Shown: in pieces, positions 41,068 to 49,878 of the stretch | Position numbering within the stretch: the first letter of the stretch is position 1 | How the letters are laid out: every line of letters starts with the position of its first letter | Notes under the pieces: model-generated | What the model was told of the DNA's origin: nothing | The model's input: only the letters and a program-made list of their open reading frames with translations | Databases searched by the model: none | Program-made: the position numbers and the translations under genes | Assembly (NCBI GenBank): GCA_965222115.1 | Contig: CBDCTJ010000001.1 | Location: forward strand, 160,001-224,000 | DNA: 64,000 nt | From: Planctomycetota bacterium | GTDB taxonomy: Bacteria > Planctomycetota > PLA2 > JAEUHO01 | Reading direction: 5' to 3'

Positions 41068-42843
41068 TCACAAGTTCAGCCAACGTAAGGCAACGGCGGC
41101 GTGCCACCGTTTCGCCTCCGGAAAGGAGCCCGATGTCATGTCGGCGACCCAATCCGAACGTGCGCTAAGGGGTACATACCCGGCGGTCCAGTCTTCGTGG
41201 CGCTTGAAGAACGCCTTAGAGAAGTCAGGGTTTTGTGCCCATCGGCGCGTTCGCACGGCAGGTGGTACCCATCCGACATTCGCTGCCACCAGAGGTCCCT
41301 TGAAATAGGGGAGGTGGGCCCAATCCGCACCACGCAAAGCCAGTGACCAATCAACGATGCGCCGGTCTACGAATGGATACGTAACCGTGAGACCAAATGG
41401 TCGAGCCGATTGTGCGTACCGCTCAAATGCGCACGCGTAGTCATTGCCATTGAGCATTGCCGCCACACCATGCGGCGGCGGGAGGAACTTGGTGCGACGA
41501 AACGCGTCCGCTAGCCGCTCCCAAACCTGTGTTTCTTGAGCGAACTTCACCCGAATCATATCGCTACTACGCCGCTGCTTAAATGGTCTACGAAGTCCGG
41601 TGATGCGGCGCACGACAGAAGGCAAGAATGGACGCACAATCTGATGGATCACCGCCGATGGCAATGAACAGGAATATCCGTGGCGATAGGCTTGCAGCGT
41701 GCGTAGCGCCGACGGTACTCGGAGATGCCGGAGCAGAGCCCACGTTGTGGATTGGTTAACGGCCAGAAGCTCATCGGGCCCGATGCCAACCATGGCTTGC
41801 TTCATGCCTTTTCGGCCCGCGTGCCAAAACAGTCCGGCACGCAGTCCGGCTTGAGTCAACGCAAAAAGCGCATCACAATGCTTGAGCATTTCCCGAAACG
41901 GTTCGCTAAGAAACCCCGGGGTTTGAGGTGAAACAACATCACAAGGGCCGCTGTGACCAGTGAGCATGTTTCGCACAAATCGTGCATCGGGGCAGGTTTG
42001 CTCGTTAGATTCGACCGCCGAAAACGTGTGAATTGAGGCTCCCGCCGCCCTACTCGCGCCCAATAGCGTGCCCGAGTCAACGCCTCCACTTAGAAGTAGC
42101 CCCGTAGCGGGTTCGCCATGAATCCGACTGCGGATTGCATCCAAGATAAGCGGCCGCAAACTCTCTCCCATCTCCTTGGCATTTCGAAATCCGTGGGCGG
42201 TTTGAGGCTCAGCCCTCCACCATCGATGTTCCTTCTCGCGACCGGAAGGGTCAATAACAACGACGTGTGCCGGTGGAACGCGGGATACGCGTTGAAAAAA
42301 CGTTCGACGTGAATCGCTCCATTCGAGAGGTGGGACGAGGTAGTCAGCTACTCGGTAGGGATCGGGTGTCAGCGGAACGAATGGAGTACACCGAAACGCA
42401 TCGGGTGTTGATGCGAAAGCAATGAACTCGCTCCCTACGTGGTAGTAGAGCGGTCGAACAGCGAATATGTCCACGCCAATCATGAGCTCACGAGTCTGTG
42501 TGTCGAGTACCGCGAACGAGAAGTCGCCGTACATGTGTTTCGCGGCGTCCCGTCCATACGTCTCGTACGAAGCGAGGAACTCACTGGATAGCCCCCCCTT
42601 TGCATCCAAACCACGACGTGCACGGACCTCGTCGAGGTTGTCGATGCGCGCGTCGCACACGGCGACTCCTTTGGGGCTGGACGCGGGATCCTCAGTACCC
42701 GTCTGTCCCAAAGCCGCCCCATCGCACTCGTAAATGTGATACGCCCCGCCGAAGGGCGCGCTAACGCGTTGGCCCATTGCCTGCAAAACTTCGGAATCGA
42801 TCGGCGCGCCATCGAGTGAGACAATGCCGAAGATGCCAGACAT
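41068..42843 (-). CDS. Lasso cyclase C1 (asparagine-synthetase-like)
   Basis: N-terminus 'MSGIFG' lacks the glutaminase Cys; 'DARIDN', 'GDFSF', ATP motif 'LSGGVDS', 'YPFVDRRIV'. Confidence 0.85.
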   Translation of the reverse strand: MSGIFGIVSLDGAPIDSEVLQAMGQRVSAPFGGAYHIYECDGAALGQTGTEDPASSPKGVAVCDARIDNLDEVRARRGLDAKGGLSSEFLASYETYGRDAAKHMYGDFSFAVLDTQTRELMIGVDIFAVRPLYYHVGSEFIAFASTPDAFRCTPFVPLTPDPYRVADYLVPPLEWSDSRRTFFQRVSRVPPAHVVVIDPSGREKEHRWWRAEPQTAHGFRNAKEMGESLRPLILDAIRSRIHGEPATGLLLSGGVDSGTLLGASRAAGASIHTFSAVESNEQTCPDARFVRNMLTGHSGPCDVVSPQTPGFLSEPFREMLKHCDALFALTQAGLRAGLFWHAGRKGMKQAMVGIGPDELLAVNQSTTWALLRHLRVPSALRTLQAYRHGYSCSLPSAVIHQIVRPFLPSVVRRITGLRRPFKQRRSSDMIRVKFAQETQVWERLADAFRRTKFLPPPHGVAAMLNGNDYACAFERYAQSARPFGLTVTYPFVDRRIVDWSLALRGADWAHLPYFKGPLVAANVGWVPPAVRTRRWAQNPDFSKAFFKRHEDWTAGYVPLSARSDWVADMTSGSFPEAKRWHAAVALRWLNL

Positions 42844-43044
42844 AGACTGGTGCTCCGGGTTTTCGGGTTGCGACTAGGCTACAGATGCCGACACGCAGTC
42901 CGCAACCCAATCCATTGTGCCCGAACGCTCCAGGCAGAAGCTGCTATTTCAGTGTAGGCAGGATGAGGCAAAGCCGGATATCGACTGGCCGTAACCGTGT
43001 CCGATTCGGTGCGTTTTTACGTTGGCGCCAAGCTCGAGCCGTAA

Positions 43045-44172
43045 ATGATGCACCAGCGGTTCAAAATGAGGTGCGCCTTGGCCTACGTGAGAGAAGAGGT
43101 AGATTTCCGATCCTCAATCCGAATCTCCGTTGCAATGGGTACATACAATGGCGCACAGTTTCTATATGAGCAACTGGAGAGCCTCGCGTCGCAGCAAACA
43201 CTTCCGCTTGAATTGGTCGTATGCGACGACGACTCGCAAGACGCAACGCTGGATATTCTATCTGACTTTGCCTCATCGGCGCCATTCCCCGTACATGTCC
43301 ATCGGAACGAACACAGACTTGGTTTTACCAAGAATTTCTTGAGAGCTGCCAGCCTCTGCATAGGCGAGTGGGTGTCGTTTTGCGATCAAGATGATGTATG
43401 GCTACCCAACAAGCTCTCAAACGCGGCGAATGCCATTGTGCGCTACAAGGAGGCAAACTTGATTCTTCAGAAGGCGCACGTATGTGATGAGAATCTATCC
43501 AAGGCCGGCACACTATTTCCCACGGGATTTGCGGCTGGCGCCTATGGACCGCGGAAGATCTACGGCTTCTGGCTATGGCCTGGATTCTTACAGACAGTTC
43601 GGCGCGAGTTATTGAACTTGTCAGTGAACACGACCTTGCCGCCGAATTACGACTCAGGTATGCGACTGCAGTCGCACGACAAGTGGGTGTGCATGCTCGG
43701 CAATTCGTTGGGAGGAGTCGTCATACTCGCTCCTGCGTCGGCCTTGTATCGCCGACACCGGCGCACCGTTAGCAATAGCGGCGGCGCCCGATCTATGCGC
43801 CAACGCGTAAAAAAGTCGATATCTGTGGGAGCAAGTCGCTACCGATTTCTAGAGCAAGTTGCTATTGCATGTGGCAACCATTTGAGAGAGATAGCCGTCA
43901 CATCCAATCGGGAAGACTGGCGCAAAATGCTCCGCGCGTCCGCAGTCGCGTTCGACCGGCTTGCGGGTGTACAGGCGCGTCGGGCAACTATTCATGGAAG
44001 CCGCTCCATATTGACTCGAACGCGGCATTTCGGCTCGCTGCTCATACGGGGTGGCTACGTAGGTCCGACGTTTGTGGCGTCGGGGTGGAAGAGCGCGGCT
44101 AAGGATGTACTAGCTGTATTCACACCCTCACTGCTACGCCGGATGCGGAACTTCGGGAACGGAAAGAACTGA
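43045..44172 (+). CDS. Glycosyltransferase family 2
   Basis: 'ISVAMGTYNGAQFL..QLES', 'VCDDDS', 'FCDQDDVW', 'HDKW', 'YRRH'; start uncertain. Confidence 0.88.
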   Translation: MMHQRFKMRCALAYVREEVDFRSSIRISVAMGTYNGAQFLYEQLESLASQQTLPLELVVCDDDSQDATLDILSDFASSAPFPVHVHRNEHRLGFTKNFLRAASLCIGEWVSFCDQDDVWLPNKLSNAANAIVRYKEANLILQKAHVCDENLSKAGTLFPTGFAAGAYGPRKIYGFWLWPGFLQTVRRELLNLSVNTTLPPNYDSGMRLQSHDKWVCMLGNSLGGVVILAPASALYRRHRRTVSNSGGARSMRQRVKKSISVGASRYRFLEQVAIACGNHLREIAVTSNREDWRKMLRASAVAFDRLAGVQARRATIHGSRSILTRTRHFGSLLIRGGYVGPTFVASGWKSAAKDVLAVFTPSLLRRMRNFGNGKN

Positions 44173-44245
44173 ACCTAGTTACAACCGCGATACGATCAGG
44201 CCAACTCAGGCGTTGGAATCTCAAGAGGCGACACCGTCGGAAACG

Positions 44246-46054
44246 TCAGCACAAGATGGGACCCGAAGACTCCCAATGAAGAAGGCGCCAACTCTCAAGC
44301 GTTGAAACGTTCCAATACTCCGGCGATTCGAGGCGGGACGCAGAATGCTCGTTCTTCACCCACCCCGACCCACGCGCTGACTCGACGAGACCGGTCATCC
44401 ACTCGATTCGATTCGCATAGAGCGTCGTCTCGAAGTCCGGATTTCCGTCCTGAGCACGCGTTCGGACACTTTCGGGAACCCACGGTTTGGCAGCGGCTGC
44501 CAGGGGCGCCTTGACATGGGGCAACAAGGACCACGCACTGGCATCAAGGCCGAGCGCCCAGTCCACAATTCGCCGATCCACGTAGGGATGGGTGGGCACC
44601 ACGCCGAAGGGACGGGCCATTTGAGCGTAGCGCTCAAATGCGCAGGGAAAGTCACCGTCGTTTAATACGCGGGCAATGCACTCGCCTGCCGATGCGATCG
44701 GCTGAATGGGATACGCCTCGGCGAGTCGTTCGCGTACGCGAGTTTGGGTCGCCAGCCCCTTACTGATGAGGTGACCAATGCGACTCGCACGAACGGAACG
44801 AAGGGAGCGAATGATCCTCCGGATGGGGAAAGGAACCGCAGGTCGAAGAAGACGATGAAACAGCACGCTGCGCTTGGATCCACCGTAACTGCGATGGTAG
44901 GAGCGAAGCGTGCGTAAGGACTGACGCAGGCGCGCTCGACGTAGAAGCCACGACGGTGCGAATAAGGGGAGTCCCATGCACTCGTCGGGCCCTACGCCCG
45001 TCATGACGACGTCCACACCCTTCGTACCGGCATGAGCGAATAGAGAAGTTCGGAGACCTGCCTGCCCGAATACGAAGAGTGCATCGCAATTGGATAACAA
45101 CGTGTCGATGTGCGAACCCATGAGGCCCGGCATATCGGGTGTCAAGATCTCTGACGGACCCTCGTGTTGCTGAAGCACATCGCGTACATAACGAGCATCG
45201 GGACACTTCGTTTCGTCTCTCTCGATACCAGAAAACGTATGCAACGTGGCGCCGGCGGCGCGACTGGCGCCTAGCAACGTCCCGGAATCGAGCCCGCCGC
45301 TGAGCAAAAGCCCTGGGTGTTTGGCTTGCGATGCCCTGGAGCGAATGGCCTCCACAATCAGGGGTCGAAGACTCTCGCCCATCTCCTCTGCGCTTCGAAA
45401 CCGATGCGGCGTTCCGGGCTCCGCCTTCCACCACCGATATTCTCGTACTGTCGCGTCCGTTGCAATCGAGACGACATGTGCCGGTGGTACGCGTTTGACC
45501 GCACGGAAAAACGTGCGACGGCTCGTACTCCACTCCAGTGCGGGCACAAGGTAGTCGGCCACACGATAGAGATCGGGATCGAGTGGTACGTGGGGAACAT
45601 AGCGAAATGCGTCGGGCGTTGACGCAAACACGATCCACGCCTTGCCTACGTGAAAATACAGCGGCCGGGTAGCGAAGACATCGACACAGAGAACGAGCGT
45701 ACGCGACGTCGAGTCATACACAGCGAAGGCGAAGTCGCCGAACATAGACGTGCACGCGTCGCGCCCCCACTTCTCGTATGAGGCCAAAAACTCGCCGGAA
45801 AGGACGCTAGAAGATTCTGTGCCGAGCCGCGTACGTAGCTCGTTCAGGTTGTCAATCCGCGCATCACACACCGCGATACCGGCCGGACTTTCCGCGGGTA
45901 GCTCGCTGCCTACCTGACCGAGTGCTACACCCTTGGCGCGGTAGGTCTTGAACGCTCCGCCGAAGGGTGCTGCAACGTGACGGCCCAACGCTTGAAAAAC
46001 TGTCTCGTCAATGGGCGTACCGTCGCGTGCGATGATTCCGAAGATGCCGGACAT
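44246..46054 (-). CDS. Lasso cyclase C2 (paralog of C1)
   Basis: 'MSGIFG', 'DARIDN', 'GDFAF', 'LSGGLDS', 'HPYVDRRIV'; start set by alignment to C1. Confidence 0.85.
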   Translation of the reverse strand: MSGIFGIIARDGTPIDETVFQALGRHVAAPFGGAFKTYRAKGVALGQVGSELPAESPAGIAVCDARIDNLNELRTRLGTESSSVLSGEFLASYEKWGRDACTSMFGDFAFAVYDSTSRTLVLCVDVFATRPLYFHVGKAWIVFASTPDAFRYVPHVPLDPDLYRVADYLVPALEWSTSRRTFFRAVKRVPPAHVVSIATDATVREYRWWKAEPGTPHRFRSAEEMGESLRPLIVEAIRSRASQAKHPGLLLSGGLDSGTLLGASRAAGATLHTFSGIERDETKCPDARYVRDVLQQHEGPSEILTPDMPGLMGSHIDTLLSNCDALFVFGQAGLRTSLFAHAGTKGVDVVMTGVGPDECMGLPLFAPSWLLRRARLRQSLRTLRSYHRSYGGSKRSVLFHRLLRPAVPFPIRRIIRSLRSVRASRIGHLISKGLATQTRVRERLAEAYPIQPIASAGECIARVLNDGDFPCAFERYAQMARPFGVVPTHPYVDRRIVDWALGLDASAWSLLPHVKAPLAAAAKPWVPESVRTRAQDGNPDFETTLYANRIEWMTGLVESARGSGWVKNEHSASRLESPEYWNVSTLESWRLLHWESSGPILC

Positions 46055-46231
46055 GCCGCAGTTTTCGCTCCCACCACACGCGCGGGCACTCGGGCAGCCG
46101 CTATATTCGACGCAGTAGACCAAACCGAATTGTCTCGGGCGCACAACGAGTACGATAAGATCTTCTAATTCCTATCTCAACGGCAACGCGACTCAGTAAG
46201 CCCGCTCGATCATTCGTAACTACACATGCAT

Positions 46232-46375
46232 CTACGACATTTGCTTTTTCGGGGCATTGCCGTTTCCCTCTGCCTTTGACCCCGAGCCGCCCAGTGTGAG
46301 ATCCTCAATAGTCCCAAGCTGCCGAAGGATCGGCGAGGCGTACGACTTGGCTGGCGGTCTAGGAGCGGACTGCAT
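46232..46375 (-). CDS. Lasso peptide precursor A2 (47 aa; predicted core GGSGSKAEGNGNAPKKQMS)
   Basis: Leader 'YASPILRQLGTIEDLTL'; Gly1, Glu8, C-terminal Ser; GGAG RBS. Confidence 0.87.
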   Translation of the reverse strand: MQSAPRPPAKSYASPILRQLGTIEDLTLGGSGSKAEGNGNAPKKQMS

Positions 46376-46635
46376 GTAGGTCTCCAGAAACGTAGACCGG
46401 GTACTTGAGACTTGCTGGCGCGTCAACAGGCTATCACAGCAACCTGGGGATCTTGAGAACTTAAGGAAAATGATGCCACCAAGAAGCATCGACAGGTGGT
46501 AGCAGCGCGTACATGTGCGTGTCGGTTGAGTTCGGCTGAATCCGTAGAGAACAGAACAATCGGTCGGTGCACGCGAAATCCTCAACGGCTTCCGCGAAAC
46601 ACCCGCGTGGCATGTAGCCGACCGCCATAGATTCG

Positions 46636-47628
46636 TTATGGTTTCGACCGAAACCACCACTTCGCTTCTACGTAGGCTCGCGCAAGCCCTATCGCCTCGC
46701 CGGGGCCCTCCAGTAACGAGATCTTTCGCATGAGCTGGCGTAGTCGCCCTGGCTCACGAAACTGAACCAGTTCGTCGGCTCCAGGAGCACATCGGGGGGA
46801 GACATCCTGAACCCGGGCCTCGTGCCGCCTCAACATATCCACCACAGCCAGGCTTGCGCGGATGGCCTTGCCGAGGCGAAACCTGTGGGCCCGATCAAGC
46901 AGGCGTTCGCGGCCGCCATCGCCAAGACGATACAGGAGACGCGAAGCGTCTACATAGGCGATGCACGGAACCCAGAACTGATGGCGCGATGCGTGAACCA
47001 AGTGAAATAGTGTTTCGTCTAAGGGGTCGAGGAGAAAGGTTGTGGGAGCGTCGGGCAGGGGTAGGGCACGTTGCCACACGTCGTTCAGGTCGATGCGGCT
47101 TCGGTAGGGCTGCGTAATGGAGCGGTGCAGGTCGATGCAACCCGTCCATGGCGCGGGTTGGCCGAGTGTCAATGCGTGGTGTGCCCTCGACAGTCCATGA
47201 AACTTGCCGTCGATGGTGTAGCCGAGTTCTTTGAGCGTGTCTGTTGCGCGTTGGAACTGCGCCTGGGGCACGAGAAGGTCGAGGTCGTCCATCGGTCGCA
47301 GGGCGGCATCAGCATAAATCGTACGGACATATGACGCGCCCTTGATGAGCGCGACTTTGACGGAAGCGTTGCCCAGCGCATCGAGTGCTTCGCGAAGTTG
47401 ACGTTCGCGCTCGAGTGCTTGGGCGGCACTTGCAATGAAGTCGTTTCGAAAAGCTTCATGCCCACGATGAAAGCATAGGGGCGCAAGCCGGTTGTGTCGG
47501 ACGAGGCCCACGGGCATAGGATGATCGTCGAGACGTGCGGAGTTTTCGTCCGCGGTCATGAGTAGCTGGAGCAAACGCCGCATTGCAGCGATGTCATGAT
47601 CAGCGACGTTAGGGTCCATGGAAGCCAA
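46636..47628 (-). CDS. Nucleotidyltransferase (NTP_transf_5-like, PsmN/PadeN-like)
   Basis: 'LIKGASY', 'RPMDDLDLLVP', 'IDLH', 'HLVH'; directly upstream of precursor A2. Confidence 0.8.
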   Translation of the reverse strand: MASMDPNVADHDIAAMRRLLQLLMTADENSARLDDHPMPVGLVRHNRLAPLCFHRGHEAFRNDFIASAAQALERERQLREALDALGNASVKVALIKGASYVRTIYADAALRPMDDLDLLVPQAQFQRATDTLKELGYTIDGKFHGLSRAHHALTLGQPAPWTGCIDLHRSITQPYRSRIDLNDVWQRALPLPDAPTTFLLDPLDETLFHLVHASRHQFWVPCIAYVDASRLLYRLGDGGRERLLDRAHRFRLGKAIRASLAVVDMLRRHEARVQDVSPRCAPGADELVQFREPGRLRQLMRKISLLEGPGEAIGLARAYVEAKWWFRSKP

Positions 47629-47651
47629 TCATGGCGTAGGCCCCGATAGAG

Positions 47652-49568
47652 CTACGTCATCCCATACTTATCGAGCTTACGTTGGAGCGTAAATCGGGAG
47701 ATGCCAAGGAGGTCGGCGGCGCGGGTCTTGTTGTTGCTGGTGACGCGGAGGGCCTTTTCGATCTCGGTGCGCTCGACGTTTTCGACGAGTTCGATGATGT
47801 TGCGGACTTCGCCGTCGTCTTCGTCGGCAAGGCCTTTGGCGCCGCGTAAGACGTGATCGGAGAGATCCTGTTCATTGACGACATCGCCGGATAGCGCGAC
47901 CATGCGCTTGACTTCATTCTCAAGTTCGCGAATGTTGCCAGGCCAATCGTAGGCCGCGAGTATGTCGAGTACTCCATCGTCCAGTCGACGCACGGAACGG
48001 CGCTCGCGGGCGGCGTGACCGTGGAGGAAGTGATCCACGAGCAGTGGGATGTCTTCCTTGCGATCACGAAGAGGCGGGAGATCGACCGTGAGCACGCGCA
48101 GGCGGTAGAAAAGATCCTCGCGGAATTCGCCGGCACGAACCAAGCGATCGAGGCGCTTGTTGCTGGCACTGACGATACGCACGTCCACCTTGCGGACTCG
48201 CTTGCCCCCCACCGGCCGCACTTCGCCTTCTTGCAAGGTGCGCAGCAGCTTCTTCTGCATGTCGGGACTCATGTCGGCAACTTCGTCGAGGAAGAGCGTG
48301 CCCTTGTCGGCGAGTTCAAAAAGACCCTTCTTGTCGCGATCGGCACCGGTAAACGAACCGCGCACATGACCGAAGAGCTCACTCTCAAGCAACGTGTCGG
48401 TGAGTGCTGCGCAGTTCTCAGAAAGGAATGGAAGTTTGGCGCGCGGGCCATTGGCGTGAATCGCTTTGGCGATCAGTTCCTTGCCCGTGCCCGACTCACC
48501 CGTAATGAGAACCGGCTCGTCGGTAGCCACAATCTTGTCGAGCAGCCGCAACACGTCGCGCATGGCCTTGGAGCTACCGATGATCTTGGGATAGACGCCC
48601 TGTTGCTCACCCACGCTGCGTAGGCGATCACGCACCACATTGAGTTCGCGCGCTTGGCTGTCTACGCGATTCTCAAGACTGCGATTGAGCACTTCCAACT
48701 CGCGCAGATGGCGCTCGTTCTCTTCGTAGAGCGACGCGCGCTCAATTGCCGTGCCCGCGAGGTCGGCAAACGAAAGCAATACGTCTTGATTGCCGCTCTT
48801 GAACGCATCCATCTGGAGGCGATTGTCTACGTAGACAGCGCCGAGAATCTTGTCGCGCACGCGGAAGGGAAGACACATCACGCTGCGCGCACGAATCGCA
48901 TTGATCGACAGCGTGCCCGCAAAGCGATCGTCTTCGACGGCGTTGGCGGTCACGATCAGCTCGCCGCTCTTCATCACGCGATCCACGATGGATGCCGAGA
49001 ACGACGCTTCGGGGCTCTGGACGTCTTCCTGCTCGAAGTTTCGCGCGACGCGCACGCGCAGCTTGCCATCGGGTTCGGCGAGCACGAGGAAGCCACGCTC
49101 GGCGCCGGTGAGTTCAACCAAGTGGTCCATGACGATGCGGAGCAACGGGTCGAGGTGAAGCTGACTATTGAGTGCTTGGGCCACGCGCTGAAGGCGCTCG
49201 AGCTTGTCGGCGCCCTCGGTGTCGAGTCCCAACTCCTCGGGCGTTGAAATCATGGTCTGGCTGAGGCGCGGATCGTCGGGGGGCGGTGCCTCTTCGAAAA
49301 AGAGGCGAGCATTGCCCACGCCGATTTCGTCGCCACGTTTCAGGGACACGCGTTCGACAAGATGGCCGTTGAGTCGGGTGCCGTTTTGGCTGCCAAGGTC
49401 TACGAGGACGAACTGTTCCTTGTGGCGATCGACGCGGCAGTGCTCACGGGACGCGCGAAGATCCAGCACCGCGATGTCGCTTTCGGCCGCCCGGCCCACA
49501 ACGACCTGGGGCTGGTCGAGTTCAAACACGGTGCGCGTGTCGCGTTCGTCGAGGATGAACCGTGGCAC
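47652..49568 (-). CDS. Sigma54-dependent activator FHA-GAF-AAA+-HTH
   Basis: FHA 'VGR..SREHC..DLGSQNGT'; GAF; 'GESGTGKE', 'ESELFGH..GSFTGA', 'WPGNIREL', Fis-type HTH. Confidence 0.93.
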   Translation of the reverse strand: MPRFILDERDTRTVFELDQPQVVVGRAAESDIAVLDLRASREHCRVDRHKEQFVLVDLGSQNGTRLNGHLVERVSLKRGDEIGVGNARLFFEEAPPPDDPRLSQTMISTPEELGLDTEGADKLERLQRVAQALNSQLHLDPLLRIVMDHLVELTGAERGFLVLAEPDGKLRVRVARNFEQEDVQSPEASFSASIVDRVMKSGELIVTANAVEDDRFAGTLSINAIRARSVMCLPFRVRDKILGAVYVDNRLQMDAFKSGNQDVLLSFADLAGTAIERASLYEENERHLRELEVLNRSLENRVDSQARELNVVRDRLRSVGEQQGVYPKIIGSSKAMRDVLRLLDKIVATDEPVLITGESGTGKELIAKAIHANGPRAKLPFLSENCAALTDTLLESELFGHVRGSFTGADRDKKGLFELADKGTLFLDEVADMSPDMQKKLLRTLQEGEVRPVGGKRVRKVDVRIVSASNKRLDRLVRAGEFREDLFYRLRVLTVDLPPLRDRKEDIPLLVDHFLHGHAARERRSVRRLDDGVLDILAAYDWPGNIRELENEVKRMVALSGDVVNEQDLSDHVLRGAKGLADEDDGEVRNIIELVENVERTEIEKALRVTSNNKTRAADLLGISRFTLQRKLDKYGMT

Positions 49569-49878
49569 TGAACTCCCTTCTCGGTGTGGGCCGTCTTGAG
49601 GTGCCTCGTCACTGGCGAGGGGCCGATGAGGCGGCCCGTGCTTACGATATTTTTGCGGATCCTACCGAAGTGAATGCGCACGTGGGCGCGCATCACACCG
49701 CTATCTTAGGGGATGAGCGCGCGCCGTGTCGCGCCCTGCCAGGGCTCTTCCGGGCCGATGACGTGGTCGGCAAGTCCAAATCGTCTTGCTCGTCGAGTTG
49801 GGGGACCGCAGGGCTACAGTGCGCGTAGCGCTGGGCGGGCTCGATCCGCCTCGTTTTGTGCCCGCGAGGGAGTCGGCA

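Noticed and set aside
41068-46054. Calling the two genes asparagine synthetases / EPS amidotransferases
   Set aside because: Both start MSGIFG, lacking the catalytic Cys, and each flanks a peptide with a lasso leader motif; B1 and B2 are present in the window
46464-46478. TGGCAT on the minus strand upstream of A2 as a sigma54 promoter
   Set aside because: No GC at the -12 position
46376-46660. N-terminal 95 aa of the 142-aa ORF 46232..46660
   Set aside because: No motif; an RBS and ATG at 46375 define a typical 47-aa precursor
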